64,000 bases of DNA from NCBI GenBank assembly GCA_013239625.1, contig MU053758.1:2046001-2110000 (forward strand), written 5' to 3'. This stretch comes from Lama guanicoe (taxonomy: Eukaryota). A program made the translations under genes and the position numbers. Each line of letters opens with the position of its first letter. Positions within the stretch are counted from its first letter, which is position 1. The notes under the pieces were generated by a model, which saw nothing but the letters and a program-made list of their open reading frames with translations, ran no database searches and had not been told where the DNA came from. This document shows positions 1 through 12,694 of this stretch, piece after piece.

Positions 1-260
1 AACAGAGGGCATCTAAACAGAGGGGAGGGAACCACCTAGGCCTCTGGGTGATGAGGTCGAGGGCTCGTGGAGGACTGTGGTCACAGAGGCCCCACACTGT
101 GCAATGTGGAAAGCCAGTCAGATGTCGAGAGTTGGGGGCTGGGGCAGGGGCTACTGAGCTCTGTGGCCCCGAGTGAAGGGGCCCAGGCCTAACTTCCCAT
201 GCTGCACCTCAGGCTGGCTCTTCTGAATTCTCAGATGCTTAAAACTGTAGCACCTTCAGA

Positions 261-352
261 GGGGAGGGTATAGCTCAGTGATAGAACACATGCTTGGCAT
301 GTACGAGGTCCTGGGTTCAATCCCCAGTACCTCCACTGAAAAAAAAAAAAAA
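261..352 (+). mobile_element. tRNA-Ala-derived SINE (Vic-1-like, camelid)
   Basis: GGGGAGGGTATAGCTCAGTG...GGGTTCAATCCCCAGTACCTCC plus poly-A. Confidence 0.85.
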
Positions 353-871
353 CCTACAGCATCCTCAGCGAAAGCTCCCCAACAGAGCAACAATTATGAT
401 TCGTATGGCTTGTCAATTCTAATCTAAAAACCCACACAGCAAGCAAAGAGCAGAGACCTCAGTTCCATTATGGCTTTGAACAGGCTCTAGGCCTGGATTG
501 GGTGTGAGAGACCATAAATCACAGGAGATGGCTGCACAGCCACTAAAGGGGCATGTGTGACACTTCTGGCCTTCTTCCTTTCCTCTGGGGACTCTTCTGA
601 TTTTACAAATCGGGGCGCAAGAGTAGAGGCCGTTCAGCAGGACAAGAGGGCCAGGGGAGTTCTGAGGTGCCAGGCCCTGGGGGTTAGGGACTCCACAGGC
701 ACCAACCAGTGCTAGATGTGCCCAGATGGAGATGATGAAGTCCCTCAGGTGGAAACAAGAGCCTGGCATGTGGCAGGTGAGGGATGAGATGGGGAGAGGC
801 AGGTACTGAGTGGCTGGAAAGACGCTGACACAGACGCAAACGGTGGAGCTGCGGCCCAGTTGTGCACTGAC

Positions 872-1032
872 CTCGAGGAAGAAGAGCGCAGCGTTGGAGG
901 TGGGGTGGCCGTTGATGTAGATCCCCGCCAGGATGATGGCTGCCACGAGGAAGACGGCCAACACGATGCCCACGATGGTGCCCAGATGCACAGGGGAGCC
1001 TTTTGTCTTGGGGGACAGGTTGTTCTGAAGGC
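872..1032 (-). CDS. PLXDC1: PLXDC1 exon 13 (transmembrane helix)
   Basis: (G)[62 protein letters not shown]; 161 nt. Confidence 0.95.
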
Positions 1033-1336
1033 CTGTGGGGAGACCGTTAGGTCAGGGTGCAGCTGCAGGGGAGCAGGGAGGGTGGGGCCATGGGGTCCTG
1101 GGTCTGACAAAGTCCCAGAGATGAAAGCCAACAGAACAACCAGGTCTACTTATCAAATCTATGAAAAGGTGGGGTGGGAGTGGGTGGAACCATTATGAGT
1201 GTGACAGTAACACTGTTCTTAGAGCATGTCAGACAGTTTTCCAAAATCACTTAAAAGTTACCCAAATGTCTAATGAGGATCATAAAATTTCTCTCCAATA
1301 ATTTTAAGGGATTTTAAGGAATTCACAAAGGGCATG

Positions 1337-1595
1337 TGATAGTTAAAAGTTTGGGATCTAAAGTCTGGCTGCCTGGGTTCAAATCCAGGCTCTGTTACTT
1401 ACTAGCTGTGTGACCTTGGGCAAATTATTTAACCTCTCTGTGTCTCAGTTATCATTTCTGTAGAACAAGGATAATAACAACATTGTTATTAATATACAAT
1501 AGGGTTATTTTGAGGGTTAAAATGAGATGATTCATGTCAGCCTCTGAGGGTCATGGCTGGTACCTCAGACAACTTCAATAAGTGTTAGCTAATGA
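1337..1595 (+). mobile_element. MIR SINE
   Basis: CTGGGTTCAAATCC...CTAGCTGTGTGACCTTGGGCAAATTATTTAACCTCTCTGTGTCTCAGT core. Confidence 0.8.
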
Positions 1596-3140
1596 TAACA
1601 AAATGACCACATTTTTACCTGTCACTGTCCACTATCAGATTGTGACCTCCTGGAGGGCCAGGACAGTGTCTTATTCATCTCTGTGTCCTCAACTCTTAGG
1701 GAAAAAAAGGCAGATCCATCAGAGGCACTCAATTAAACAAATGAACTTGGTCCTCTGAAGGCTAATAAACCAGCAGACACGCTCTGAGAACATTCCAAGC
1801 ATTTGAAATACATCTGAAGGAGAAGACTGGGTATTTTCCATAGTCTAGCTGGAAGCTCATCCCGTCCGATCCCTTCCTTGTATGGCTGAAGTAATGGAAA
1901 TGCAGAGAAGAGAAGTGATTTGTCCAAGACAAAGTCAGTGCCAGCCACTAAGAAGCCTTCCTTGTTCCTTGAATTGCCTGGGGTGGCTTTTTGCTTCTTC
2001 TCTCTACTTTAAAAGGATGTGGAGATACTGCCGTAGAGAAGACAGATGTGCGTGTAAGCAACAGAAATACTGAATCCTTTTTACATCACTGGTGGGAGGG
2101 ATGGGAGTCAACTGTGGGTGGGGATTTTTAATAAGATGTTGCATGCCTCCCAAATCACTGTGTTCCCCATCTCCTTTTCTCTGCAAGCAGAAAAAGCCTA
2201 GGAGAGAAACCATCCTGGGGCGCTCTTGGGCATGGTTGGTGCCTCTATCTGCCAACAGTTGGGAGAGTTGAGATGACATGCCCCAAGCTGGCCTCTCCTG
2301 ACCTGCAATCAGCTCGCAGCCTTCAGTGACCCCAGTGATCTGATGGTTGGGACTCAGCCTGAGGAGCACATGGTGTGGAGTAAGGGGAACGTGGCCCAGC
2401 TTCCCTGGCTTCCCCTCAGCCCAACAGACACACGTGCACACTCACGCCCGCTCCCACAGAGGAGTGAGGTGGGAGACCCAATCAAACTGCGCTGTATTAA
2501 AAGCCTCTCCTCTCCCAGAGTTGAAAAGCTTTTCCATCTCCCCCTTGCGATGGTTGCACAGGCTCCAGGCAAAGGGCAGGGGAGGTAGGGCCGCCCACGT
2601 CACCACAGAAGAGATAACCCCTCAAGCAGTCCTGGGGGAAGGGGGCCCCACCTTCTGGCGCCCTGTGAAAATTGTGGTGGACAACTTTTGTGTACTTTCT
2701 GCCAACTCAGGTTGGGAATCAAAGGCAAGTTGAGTGAGAGAAGCTGCTTTCCACCACTTACTGACGGGGAGGCCCCGGGGACAGAGGCCATGGGCACAGG
2801 CCCACACTGCCACGCCTGCCCCACCTCAGTGCCCCCTCCTCCTCTGGCTCCTTTCAGGGTAGTGGATATTCCAGAGCAAAGAGGCCAGGTGACCTGCAGG
2901 AGGTTCCCGGTTGAGATGAGAAACGTCTAGGTGTAGATTTTTCCCCTTGTCTAGGGGGTCTATGCCCAGAAGCCCCCTGCCTTCCCCTCAGCAGGAAGTC
3001 TGGGAAGCTCTGGCTGCTATTATCTCTCCCTCCCCAACTCGGAATAAAAGCAAAGAGGCTGAGGGACCACTGCAGCATCTTCCAGGGTGGGTCCAAGGGG
3101 CGGTGGTCTGAGGAGGAGGGGCGGGCAGTTGTGTACTCAC

Positions 3141-3176
3141 CGTCTCCTCCTGCGTAGGGATTCAGCTTGGTGTCAT
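3141..3176 (-). CDS. PLXDC1: PLXDC1 exon 12
   Basis: (D)DTKLNPYAGGD; pyrimidine tract + AAG acceptor, GTGAGT donor; 36 nt. Confidence 0.92.
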
Positions 3177-3562
3177 CTTCAAAGAGAAAGGACAGAAGGC
3201 ACAAGATTAGTGGAATCATGATGGCCTTGGTCACTTTAGGTTTGGATGAAGCTTTAGGGATGTTCAGTCCAACCCTTCATTTTGAAGGTTAGGAAACTGA
3301 AGCACAGAGAGGGGAGGGGACTTAGTCAAAGTCACACAGCAGTGTAAAGGGAGAAGGTCACGGACAAGCCAACCTTCCCTAGTGTTCATTCATTCAACAA
3401 ATATGTACTGAGTGTTTACTATGAGTTGAGCACTGGGAGTAGATGCTGGGGACTCAAGGAGTTAACTGGTCGTGGCGGGGACAGAGGGGTAATTATAATC
3501 CAGCATAATGAAGCTCCAACAGGTGTCACCCAGATAAAGGGAGTCAAGAAGAAGGGATAAGG

Positions 3563-3650
3563 GTGGAGGATATAGCTCAGTGGTAGAGCGCCTGCCTAGT
3601 AAGCAGAGGTCCTGGGTTCAATCCCCAGTACCTCCATTAAAAAGAAAAAA
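3563..3650 (+). mobile_element. Vic-1-like SINE
   Basis: tRNA-Ala-like head, A-rich tail. Confidence 0.8.
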
Positions 3651-4189
3651 GTATACAGTGGTGTATATCAATTATATCCCAATAAAAGTGGAAGAAAACA
3701 ATGATTTAAAAAAAGGAGAAGTGAGATGTGGGACTGGGAACCCTGACAGAGGAAGGAGCCAGACAAAGGCCCAGAGTTAAAGGCAGACAAGGGTTCCATG
3801 TCAGGAGAGTGCTCTCCAGGATGACTGGAGGTGACTGCTTCAAGCAGCAAAACTTTAAACAAATGGAACCTTCCACAGTTTCTGTCTAGCAGCATGCACT
3901 TCATTCCCCTTCTCTTCCGGGACCTCTGCTGATCTCGTCGTTTTCAAGGCTTTTTCTGGCTTCTCTTTGTTCACAGATGTTCAAGGCCCTTCGCAGCTTG
4001 TCCCAATCTTCTTTTCTCCTGTCACTCGCCATGACTCAGCACTGTGACAAGCCACTGAAGGCTCTGCAGACCTTGGAGACCTCGCAGACCTCTGAGCCGC
4101 TGCATATACTGTTCCTCCTACAGGGGATGCCCTTCCTTTCCCTCACTGTTCCTTTTTCAGAAGTCCCACCTCTGAAATGCCCTCTGCAG

Positions 4190-4410
4190 GGATGAGGTTA
4201 GGAAGACACAGGTGAAACAGGGTCTGATCCTGTCTTTTATTAAAATTTTTGATATTTTGTTCATCATGGGGTTTTTGGCATTAATTTTCATTTTTGTAAA
4301 TATTGCATTAAAATATTATTTATCTTGATTATTGCCTTTTCTTTTTTGGTGCCTCCTTAAATTTTACCTGCATTGAGTGCCTCACTTGCCTCACCCTAGT
4401 CCTGGCCCTG
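4190..4410 (-). mobile_element. MER96B-like hAT DNA transposon
   Basis: Ends CTCACTTGCCTCACCCTAGTCCTGGCCCTG with AT-rich interior; related partial copy at ~44680-44830 in the opposite orientation. Confidence 0.6.
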
Positions 4411-5075
4411 GTTCTGTTGCTTCTGGGAGGGCAGATGGGTGGGTCCTCCACTGAGTCCCATTGCGTTTGGTATCTGTTTCTGCAACATCTTGGGTCTCAT
4501 TGTTCCCATAGACTGTGAGCCTCTCAACACCTAACCTCTTCACATCCCAGTGCCTGGACATGGCACCCTGCTCTGTTATACATTGCCAGTAAATCTTCAA
4601 ATATCAGAAAATCACATTAAATAATGGAGAAGAATAAGCCATAAGAAAATGTAAAAATGGTTCCCCATAGAGGAAGGAGGGAATAGGATGGAGGGGAGAA
4701 AACTAGAAACTAAACTTCTTTTAATATTCCTGCTTTTGTAGATTTGACTTTTGAACCATGTTAATTATCATTTAACTGTTACATAATTATAAAAAAGTTA
4801 AATTTAAAAAGCACCCCTAAAAATTCAAAGTGAAACAAAACAAATAGACTTGTAGGCATATAACAGAAAGACCTGTTTTCTTCAGGAATTTCAATACACA
4901 CGGTATTTATATATGCCTCTGAGTCTGTTTCATTACTACAACTTCAAAATGATGAATTGGTTCATCAAAACTGACTAAAGTAACCCTAAACATCATTAGA
5001 CAAATTAACTTTATTGGAATCAAATTGTTCTGAATCTAGACCATTGGAAATCCATTGTAGCCCAGTCTCCATCTA

Positions 5076-5625
5076 CCCTTGGCAGACAAAAGGACACCTA
5101 CAGCCAGTCCCTCCCACAAGGCGACTGAAGGTGACCACGCTGTGCCCACAGCAGCTTTCCTCCCACTCACTGATGGCTGGTTCCCAGCTGCCATCTTGTT
5201 AGGAGTCCACAGAATACAAACCATTCCCTAATGAATGGGGCTGTGGTAGAGTCCCATGGCAACTCACAGGGTGAAGAAATGCGAGCGATGTCTATTGAAT
5301 GAGTCGTCATTCTCTATAGTGAGGGGTCACTTCTTGCTGCTACCGATGTGTTCTGTTCAGCTGCTCATCAGATGAGCCCTTATATTGCTCAGTTATTCCA
5401 GGTCAGCGCCTGTCTGTCCTTATGATAAAATGCACAGGCTGCGTGGCAGCTGCTTGCCGCTCCAAGGTCATTTGGGTTCACTTAAGTGGGTAGCATTTAA
5501 TTGCAAGTGAACAGCTCTGAAACTCCAGCCCCCATACCTCCTGCCCCACTGGCCCTCTCTGCTAGGGGTCCACACACCCTCCAGCAGCCGCTCCCACTAA
5601 CTTCTCAGCTCTCCAACCCTGCCCT
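5076..5625 (+). repeat. Long inverted repeat, left arm (PLXDC1 intron 11)
   Basis: Reverse complement of 14658-15215; 5223-5586 is identical to revcomp 14697-15060 (364 bp) and 5124-5200 identical to revcomp 15084-15160 (77 bp) by manual alignment. Confidence 0.97.
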
Positions 5626-6229
5626 GCAGGTCCCTCTGGCTGTATCCCCTTCATCCACAACATCTTCCTGTACCACGAGATAAACTCTGCCTCCAGCAAG
5701 TCTCCCTGTGTGAGCTATAATCATACAGGCAGGGGATGACTCAAACCTGTCCTGCTAGACACCTCAAGAGATGGGGGTTGGGGAAGGTTCTTATCAAAAC
5801 TTTTTTTCTTACGCAGGTAATCTGACCATCTTTGCCACTTCCTCCAGGACTGGACGGGCATGGAGCCATAATTGTCCTCACTCTAATTAATGTGTTCTGA
5901 TGGGGACTATTACACAGCAAACAGAAGTGACACATTTCTGGGCTGACAGGAGACACACACATGATAAAACTGATGAACAGAATATGCTGCCTCTGTGTAG
6001 GGATGGCCCACCAAGACAGTAACGGGGAGAAAACGAATAATTCCAAGTCAGGTTTTGAATCTGGCCCCCATATGCCATGCTTTCTACACCCACCACAGCC
6101 ACCCTTCTGGTCTATATCCCTGTGGCTCACCCAGACATAAACCCCAAAGGAAAGGCTGGGTTCTGACTTAGGGGAGAGGTGTCTGCAGCCCCCAGCCCAG
6201 CCCTGGGCTCAGAATGTGCCCTGGGTAGC

Positions 6230-6338
6230 GGGGCATATAGCTCAGTGGTAGAGCACATGCTTAGCATGCATGAGGTCCGGGGTTCAATCCCCAGTATCCC
6301 CACCAAAAAAACACAAAAACAACAACAACCAAGAAAGA
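6230..6338 (+). mobile_element. Vic-1-like SINE or tRNA-Ala retrocopy with 19-bp TSD
   Basis: tRNA-Ala(AGC)-like head, A-rich tail; TSD AGAATGTGCCCT(GG/TA)GTAGC at 6211-6229 and 6339-6357. Confidence 0.85.
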
Positions 6339-7890
6339 AGAATGTGCCCTTAGTAGCACTTAGGGTTAACTCAGGGGCCACTGCCAGGGGTTTCTTCCTT
6401 TTAAGTGGAGTTTCCTTTAACCGGAAGGTCAGCTCTGGTCCCCACTATTAACTCCCTGAGGGTAAGGTCTCCTCCTGCTCTTTTTCATGTAATTTATTTA
6501 GTCCCCCACAGCACTGGCACAGACTCTGCTGTCAACCAGCACCTTAAGCAGCTCCTTGTGATTCCTGGACAACTCCAGAGTGATGGGAGCTGTCTGAATC
6601 TGCCTCATTTGTTCACCCTTCACTATTTTTTCCATCTGCTGAATCCACAAAGACCCTTTTCTATTTCTTTCAGCACTGAGAAAGGCAGTGAGGTCAAGGG
6701 GCAAGACTGCTGCTTTTGGAGCCAGAGGAAACCTCACTCCACCTCTTTCTGGCTGTGTGACCCTGGGCAAGCCATTAACCTCTCTGAGCCTTAGCATCTC
6801 CTCCATAAAGTGTGGATCCAGCAGGGTCAACAGATAGGATCTTTAGGAGGACCAGTGAGTATGTTTGCTCTTTCTTTGAACTGTTCACTTCCCTCCAGCC
6901 AGATTCAGGGTTCCTGCTCTGGGTCTCCAGTTCTCCAGGCTGCTTTTAGAAAGGCTGGGGGCACCATGGAAAGAACATTCCACCACTGAGTAACCTATTT
7001 TGCCCCTTATGAGGCCATTTCCTTTTCTCCAAAATGGGATTGTGGATTGTGGCTGAATAATGTTTTAAAATATTAACTTTCTTCTTCTCTCCTTTCCTCT
7101 TTTTAATTTGCCCCTTTCAAGCAGGTAAGTAGCCCAGGGGAGCTGGTAAGAGCCCACAGGTCTTTCAGTCTCAGACTTAGGGCAAGGGGGCCAAAACCTA
7201 GATGCCATCCATGTATTGAAGAAGGATGAGAGAGGAATTTCTCAGAGATAGACAAAGAATCCAAGGGGCCTGTACAGGCTTCCCACAGGGTGGCTGGACC
7301 TCCGGCAGCTTTGACAAGACCCCAGGCCTGGGGATGGCAGAGAAGGCAGGGGACAGCCAGGCCTGAAGAAGCAGAGATGGATCAGCAGCAACCGAAGGTG
7401 GCCAGAGCTGTCCCACCCCACCCTCTGCCCGCTCAACGTCACTGGAGCAGGGAGCCAAGCCCCCGGACATCGGGGTGGAACTCCCCACCATGCCAGCCTG
7501 GTGGGGGATGGAAGCCTGAAGGGAAGTGACAGAAAATGAGGCAATTTCTTTCACTCTCACATCTGAGTGTAGCTACAGGGATGGTAACACCTCACGGGTT
7601 CTCTGAGAATTGCTGTCAAGATGAACTGAGATGCTATGTAAAATGCCTGGCACTGTGCTGAGACATCAGTTTTTCTCTTTGCCACAGTAAGTTCTGTCCC
7701 CAAGCCCTGATGAGGGCATGGAGTCCATTCAGTCTAAACCCGGCTCTGCCTCTCATCAGCAAGTGACCTCTCCTCTTGGCGCCTCAGGTGTGAAAGGATG
7801 GAGCAGTCCTATTCCCTGAGGTCAGGGACAGGGATGCTCCAAGGTGGTGGCTCTTCTCATGGCTTCTCCCCCTCTCCCCCTCCCCCTTAC

Positions 7891-8026
7891 CTTCTGTGGT
7901 GAGGCTGTCGATGAAGAGGGAGGAGGAGGTGGTGGTGAGGTCTCCGTCAAAGGGGCTAGAGGAGCTGTCTGGGGAGGACGAGAACGAGTCCTCATCCTGG
8001 AAGTCTGCACACGTCTTGCCCTCTGC
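7891..8026 (-). CDS. PLXDC1: PLXDC1 exon 11 (acidic Ser/Thr-rich stalk)
   Basis: [54 protein letters not shown]; 136 nt; ends phase 1. Confidence 0.95.
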
Positions 8027-9191
8027 CTGCAAGAGAGACCCAGCGCTGCCCTGGACGGAGGCCTCGCCGGCAGCCACACCACACACAGGAGCACGGTGGG
8101 GGCACTTTCATCCCTCAGCAGCCAGAAGATTTAAGATTCTGGTGTGTGGTCCAAGGGTGGTAATCTAACCAAAGTGGGCCCTGAATGCATTTAAGCTTCC
8201 CACTTCATCCTGAAAGCGTCTTATCTTCCAGGGCAATTTATCTATCAGCTGCTTGGAATCCTTCCCAAAGGAAGCAGCTGAGATGCCAATCTTAAATATT
8301 TAAAGCAAATTTGTACATTCGCTAACAGCCAACGTAGAAGCGGGCTCCTGGACAAGTTTTTTGGTTTTGTTTTTTTGAAACAGACAGTTTACCCAGACTT
8401 ACTGATAAAAACAGGAGGTGGTGAACACACAGCAGTAATTCCGGGGGTTCACATTTAAATGTTGGGCCCAGCACTTTCATTACCTCCCCAGCTGTGAGAT
8501 GCTGGCCAACTCACTAAATCTCTCCGAGCCTCAGATTCCTGTTCTGATCAGCTGAGGCACCGACCCCCAGCTCCTGGGCCCATGTTAGGATTAAATCAGA
8601 GCAAGTGCAGAGCAGCATGCCATGTGCTTGCACTGCAAGAAGGGATGGAGAGAGGAAGAGAGGGGAAAAGGACAGATGGATGACTGTGTCTGTCTGTGTC
8701 AGTATAAGGTGTGAGAATATGATGCTCTCCACCCAAAGTATTGAGCATTCTGGAAAATTCCAGAAGTGAGAAGGAACCTGTATGGGATTCTAAGTGGAGG
8801 ATGTGGGAAACCACCCTCCTCGCTCCCAGAATGACAGCCTTCCTCAATGCTGGCGGGTTGGAGCTAGGTCAGTTGCTTTTTGAACATCACCAGGTGTACA
8901 GCCTCCCAGGAGATCCTGCTATGGCCAAGGCCACATCCGAGGTCCCCTCTGCAAGGACCAAAAGAGTCCCTGGGGAGCAAGACCAAGTCACCAAGAGAAG
9001 TACTTGTCCCAGGGACCCACCAAGCCCTCGAAAACCTCCCACGTTGGCCAACTCGGAGCAGATGGTGGGACCAGCCCCAGGCAGAGGGGAGAATTTCACC
9101 AAGAGCCAAAGACGCCTTGAGAAAAGCTACCAAGTGAGGGGCTACCAGCAGCCTGGCCCTTCCCCACTCCTGGCGCACTGAACCCTCTCAC

Positions 9192-9252
9192 CTCCTGGGC
9201 ACAGCCGTAGGCCAGCCACTCCTGGCGGTAGCGGTCAAAGCCACTGGAGCAT
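9192..9252 (-). CDS. PLXDC1: PLXDC1 exon 10 (PSI domain, C-terminal part)
   Basis: [29 protein letters not shown]; 61 nt. Confidence 0.95.
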
Positions 9253-11341
9253 CTGCAAGGGGAACCAAAAGGCCAGAGGTGTGATGGGTTGACAGAGAAG
9301 CCGTCCCCTCCATTTCCCCCCTTGCAGTAACAGTTCTCTGGTGATAGCAAAGAAGGGGCGAACCTCCCCAAGACCACTAGGCAGGTGCTCCGGCACCAAG
9401 GGGCTGTGGGATCAGGAGTCAGACCCTCCTGCCCCACCTCTACTCCTTCCCCCAAAGGAGGGGAAGCGATTTGTGGCATTCTTCCGAAGCCAGCTCCCCA
9501 GGACCAAGGCCACGTCTGCCCAGGTGTGTGTGTGTAGGGAGCTGACGGACTGCCTGACCTCTAATGACCTTTAAGACGCTCCCTGACTATGGGCAGCCTG
9601 AAATTGCTGAAAATCCAGGGAATTCACACCATGTTTTCATCTAGGTAAAGTCTTGCTCATTTGCCGAGCCCCACTTCTTGGTGGAGGAGCCTAAACTTGG
9701 CACAAGGAGAAGCAATGTGGAAGGTGGGCACCAGCTGATCTGGCCAGCACCTGCTGTGTGACCATTAAAGGGCAGTGAGGGTCTTGCCATAAACTGGAGG
9801 AGATTAAAGACTGGCTGACAAGGGTCCCCCGAGAGGATACTGCAAGGTCAGCTGGGCTGGAAGACGTCAAGTGCTTCCCTAGGGAAGAGGTGCAGGTGTA
9901 AGGATGAACCAGAGAATGTTCTCCACAGCATCATGCTCAACGCTCTGTTCTTCACTCTGTTGCCAGGAGATGCTATCAAGCCCTACTCAAGTGCAGGGAC
10001 GTCTGCATGGGAAGATAGTTTCACGAGCCACCAGTGCTGAAAAGGGAGCCGTGGCTGGTTAACTCTGCACCAGCAACTGCCCGCTCATCTTCCCAAGATC
10101 TGGTGAGGCTGAGGCTTCGAGGCACTGTCAGTCTTTCCTTCTGAAGATGTCCCTGAGCTGCTCCTCCTGCAGTGGGGACAACTGAACGGAACTGAGCTCT
10201 TCCTCTCAGGTCCTCTGTGCCCACTGCTTCAAGGGATGGAGGGTTAGGGGCACTGTTGGGGGATGGGAACTAAAATTTCTTTTAGGCCAAACAGAACTGG
10301 TTCTTTTAAGGATTGAGCCTTCAATGTGGTCTAAGAGCATTACATTCCAAGCCCCAGGCCAACCAACCCAGATGCGAAGGAGAAGGGCATGAGAAATGGC
10401 CATTGTCTGAGCACCTCTGGACGCCACGTGTGGCCCCAGTCACATGCTGCTCCTGAACTATCTCATGGGACTCCCAAAGACACTGCAAAGCAAAGGGATA
10501 GGACCCTCATTTTCTGAGCCAAATCCTGGAGTCAAGGTCACTTGCAGTCTCCGGAGTGGGCCACTGGGGGGCAACGTGGGGTGAGAGGAAGACTCCTGCA
10601 TGATAAATGAAGTAATCAAAATCAGCTCCGGCCCCATCACGGGGAAGCCGAGGACACACGCGGTGGTTGCCAGCAGCTGCTGGTGGGAGAGACCACGGTG
10701 GCCGGCCCACTGCAGCAGCCCTGACCTCTAGCTTTTTAGGAGGCTGGAGTCTGCTCTCGGTTGGAGCTGAGGAGATCTGTCTGGAAGGGGCCTGTGTTGG
10801 GTGAGCCCAGGCCCCCAGACATCCGGGGACAGGATACTCAGCACTGAGTCAGCCTTGCACACTCCCCAGTGGAGCTTCTCTGTTCCGGACCTGACATAAC
10901 CCAGCAAAGGCAGTGTCCACACCCAAGGCCCTGCCCTCCCCATGACCAACCCTCATTAAACTGTCAGGGTTTTCTGGGTTTGGGTGTATGCATTAAGTGG
11001 GGGGTGTATCAAGCCAGGGTTCTGCTTTCATCTGACCCACTTTGCAGTTCTCATGGCTCAGCTGTTGTTGGATGCTGAGTCACGTGGTGGCAGCCAGCCC
11101 AGCATTCCAGGGCTCATCTGAGGTCTTCTGGATTATCTCCCCACCCTCAGACAGTGGCTCTCAAACTTGAAAGTGCCCAAGATGGATCACACCACAAAGC
11201 TCCACGCCAGGAACAACCAAGCTGGGGTCTACCCCGTGTACTCTCTGAGGCTCAGCACCTTTTATGTGAAGGGCCCTAAACACTTTGCAAAAATACCATT
11301 TGGCATTTGAGGAGTTAAAATAACAGGCAAGGGTCAGGGAA

Positions 11342-11485
11342 GGGGGGTGGAGAAGGTAGAGTTCAGTGGTAGAGCTTCTACTTAGCATGCGTGAGGTCCT
11401 GGGTTCAATCCCCAGGACCTCCATTAAAAATAAATAAATAAACCTAATTACCTCTCCCCAAAGTAAAAAACAAATTAAAAATAAA
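11342..11485 (+). mobile_element. Vic-1-like SINE
   Basis: tRNA-like head, AAATAAACCTAATTACCTC tail, flanking AAAATAACAGGCA repeats. Confidence 0.8.
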
Positions 11486-12694
11486 ATAACAGGCACGTTT
11501 CAAAAAATAAAAAACAAAAAACAAAAAACAGGCATGTTCCTCATCCCCATCTCCTCGAATCACATAACCCCAGCCCATTTTACAGAGAAAGCAAACTGAG
11601 GCCCCAAGGAAGCCTGATGAGGGGCCCTTTCTCCTCCTGGCCCACAGCTCTGTCTTGTCTACTGGGCAGGCCTCCTGTAAAGGCAATAGTTTCTATTCCT
11701 GCGTCAGAATATTGGAAAGGTGCAAAAGGAACACTGACAGCTGCAGGATAGCTGCATAGAACTCGAGCCTCTGTAATTTGCAAGTGTCAAGATTATCTTA
11801 AAGGCTCTTGGAGTTTATAAGTCTTTCCACTGTCATGGGACCCCTAGTCCCCAAAGAAATTCTCTTTTTTTCTTTCTGCCATTTATTTATCTTGGACAGG
11901 AGAACAGGGCTCCGATTCTGAATCTAATCTATGAGGACATGATTTCAGAACAGGGAGTGGAAGAGGAGCTGAATTTAAGAAATTTATCCCTGAATCTGAA
12001 TCTCATCCAGAATTTTCCCTGCTTCCAAAACCAAGCAAACACAGCTTTGTAGTTTGCCCCAACTTTCCACAGACGCCTGCAGTTTCCACAACCTTGGGTT
12101 TTTAGGAAACCCTGCTGCAGCCTGACTGAGAAAGATCTTGAGGTGGTGTTCTGGGGTAGTGGGGCTCTGGCCCAGTGGCAGTGGGTCTTTGGATCATCCC
12201 CTGTCTCTGAGCCGGCAGATCTCATGCTTGTTTGTGGATGAGACACCATGTTAAAATGCAGGCTCGTGGGTTTCTCTCCCAGAGATCCTGATGCAGGGGG
12301 CTGGGCCCCAGGAATCTGTATGTTTAATGTGAGCCCGAGCTGATGCTGGGATGCTCCCAACTGTGGACCACTCTTTGGGAAGGCCGGCCCAAGGATGAGC
12401 CAACCCTTCCAGGTGTGAGGAGGGAGCTGCAGTAGCTGGAATTTCCAAATTGTCTTCCAGAAGTCTAGTGTCACCACAGGGTGAAACAAAGTCACCTCGA
12501 TCAGTCACAAGCCTCAGGGAGAAACTCACTTCTGTGATATTCTTGTCCTGAGCATCAGAGTAGCCCTAGCCAGAGATACCTTCATGTAGACAGTGAGGCC
12601 CGAGACAGGGAGCGAGGCCGTGCCACCTCTGCCCCACCCCTCGGCCCCTCGCACAGTCTGCCTGCGGGACCCAGAGGGCAGCCTGGGGACAAAC

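Noticed and set aside
419..871. C-terminal extension of the TM-containing ORF 419..991
   Set aside because: Reads through the exon 13 donor (GTCAGT) into the intron; similarity to PLXDC1 stops at ...FFLE
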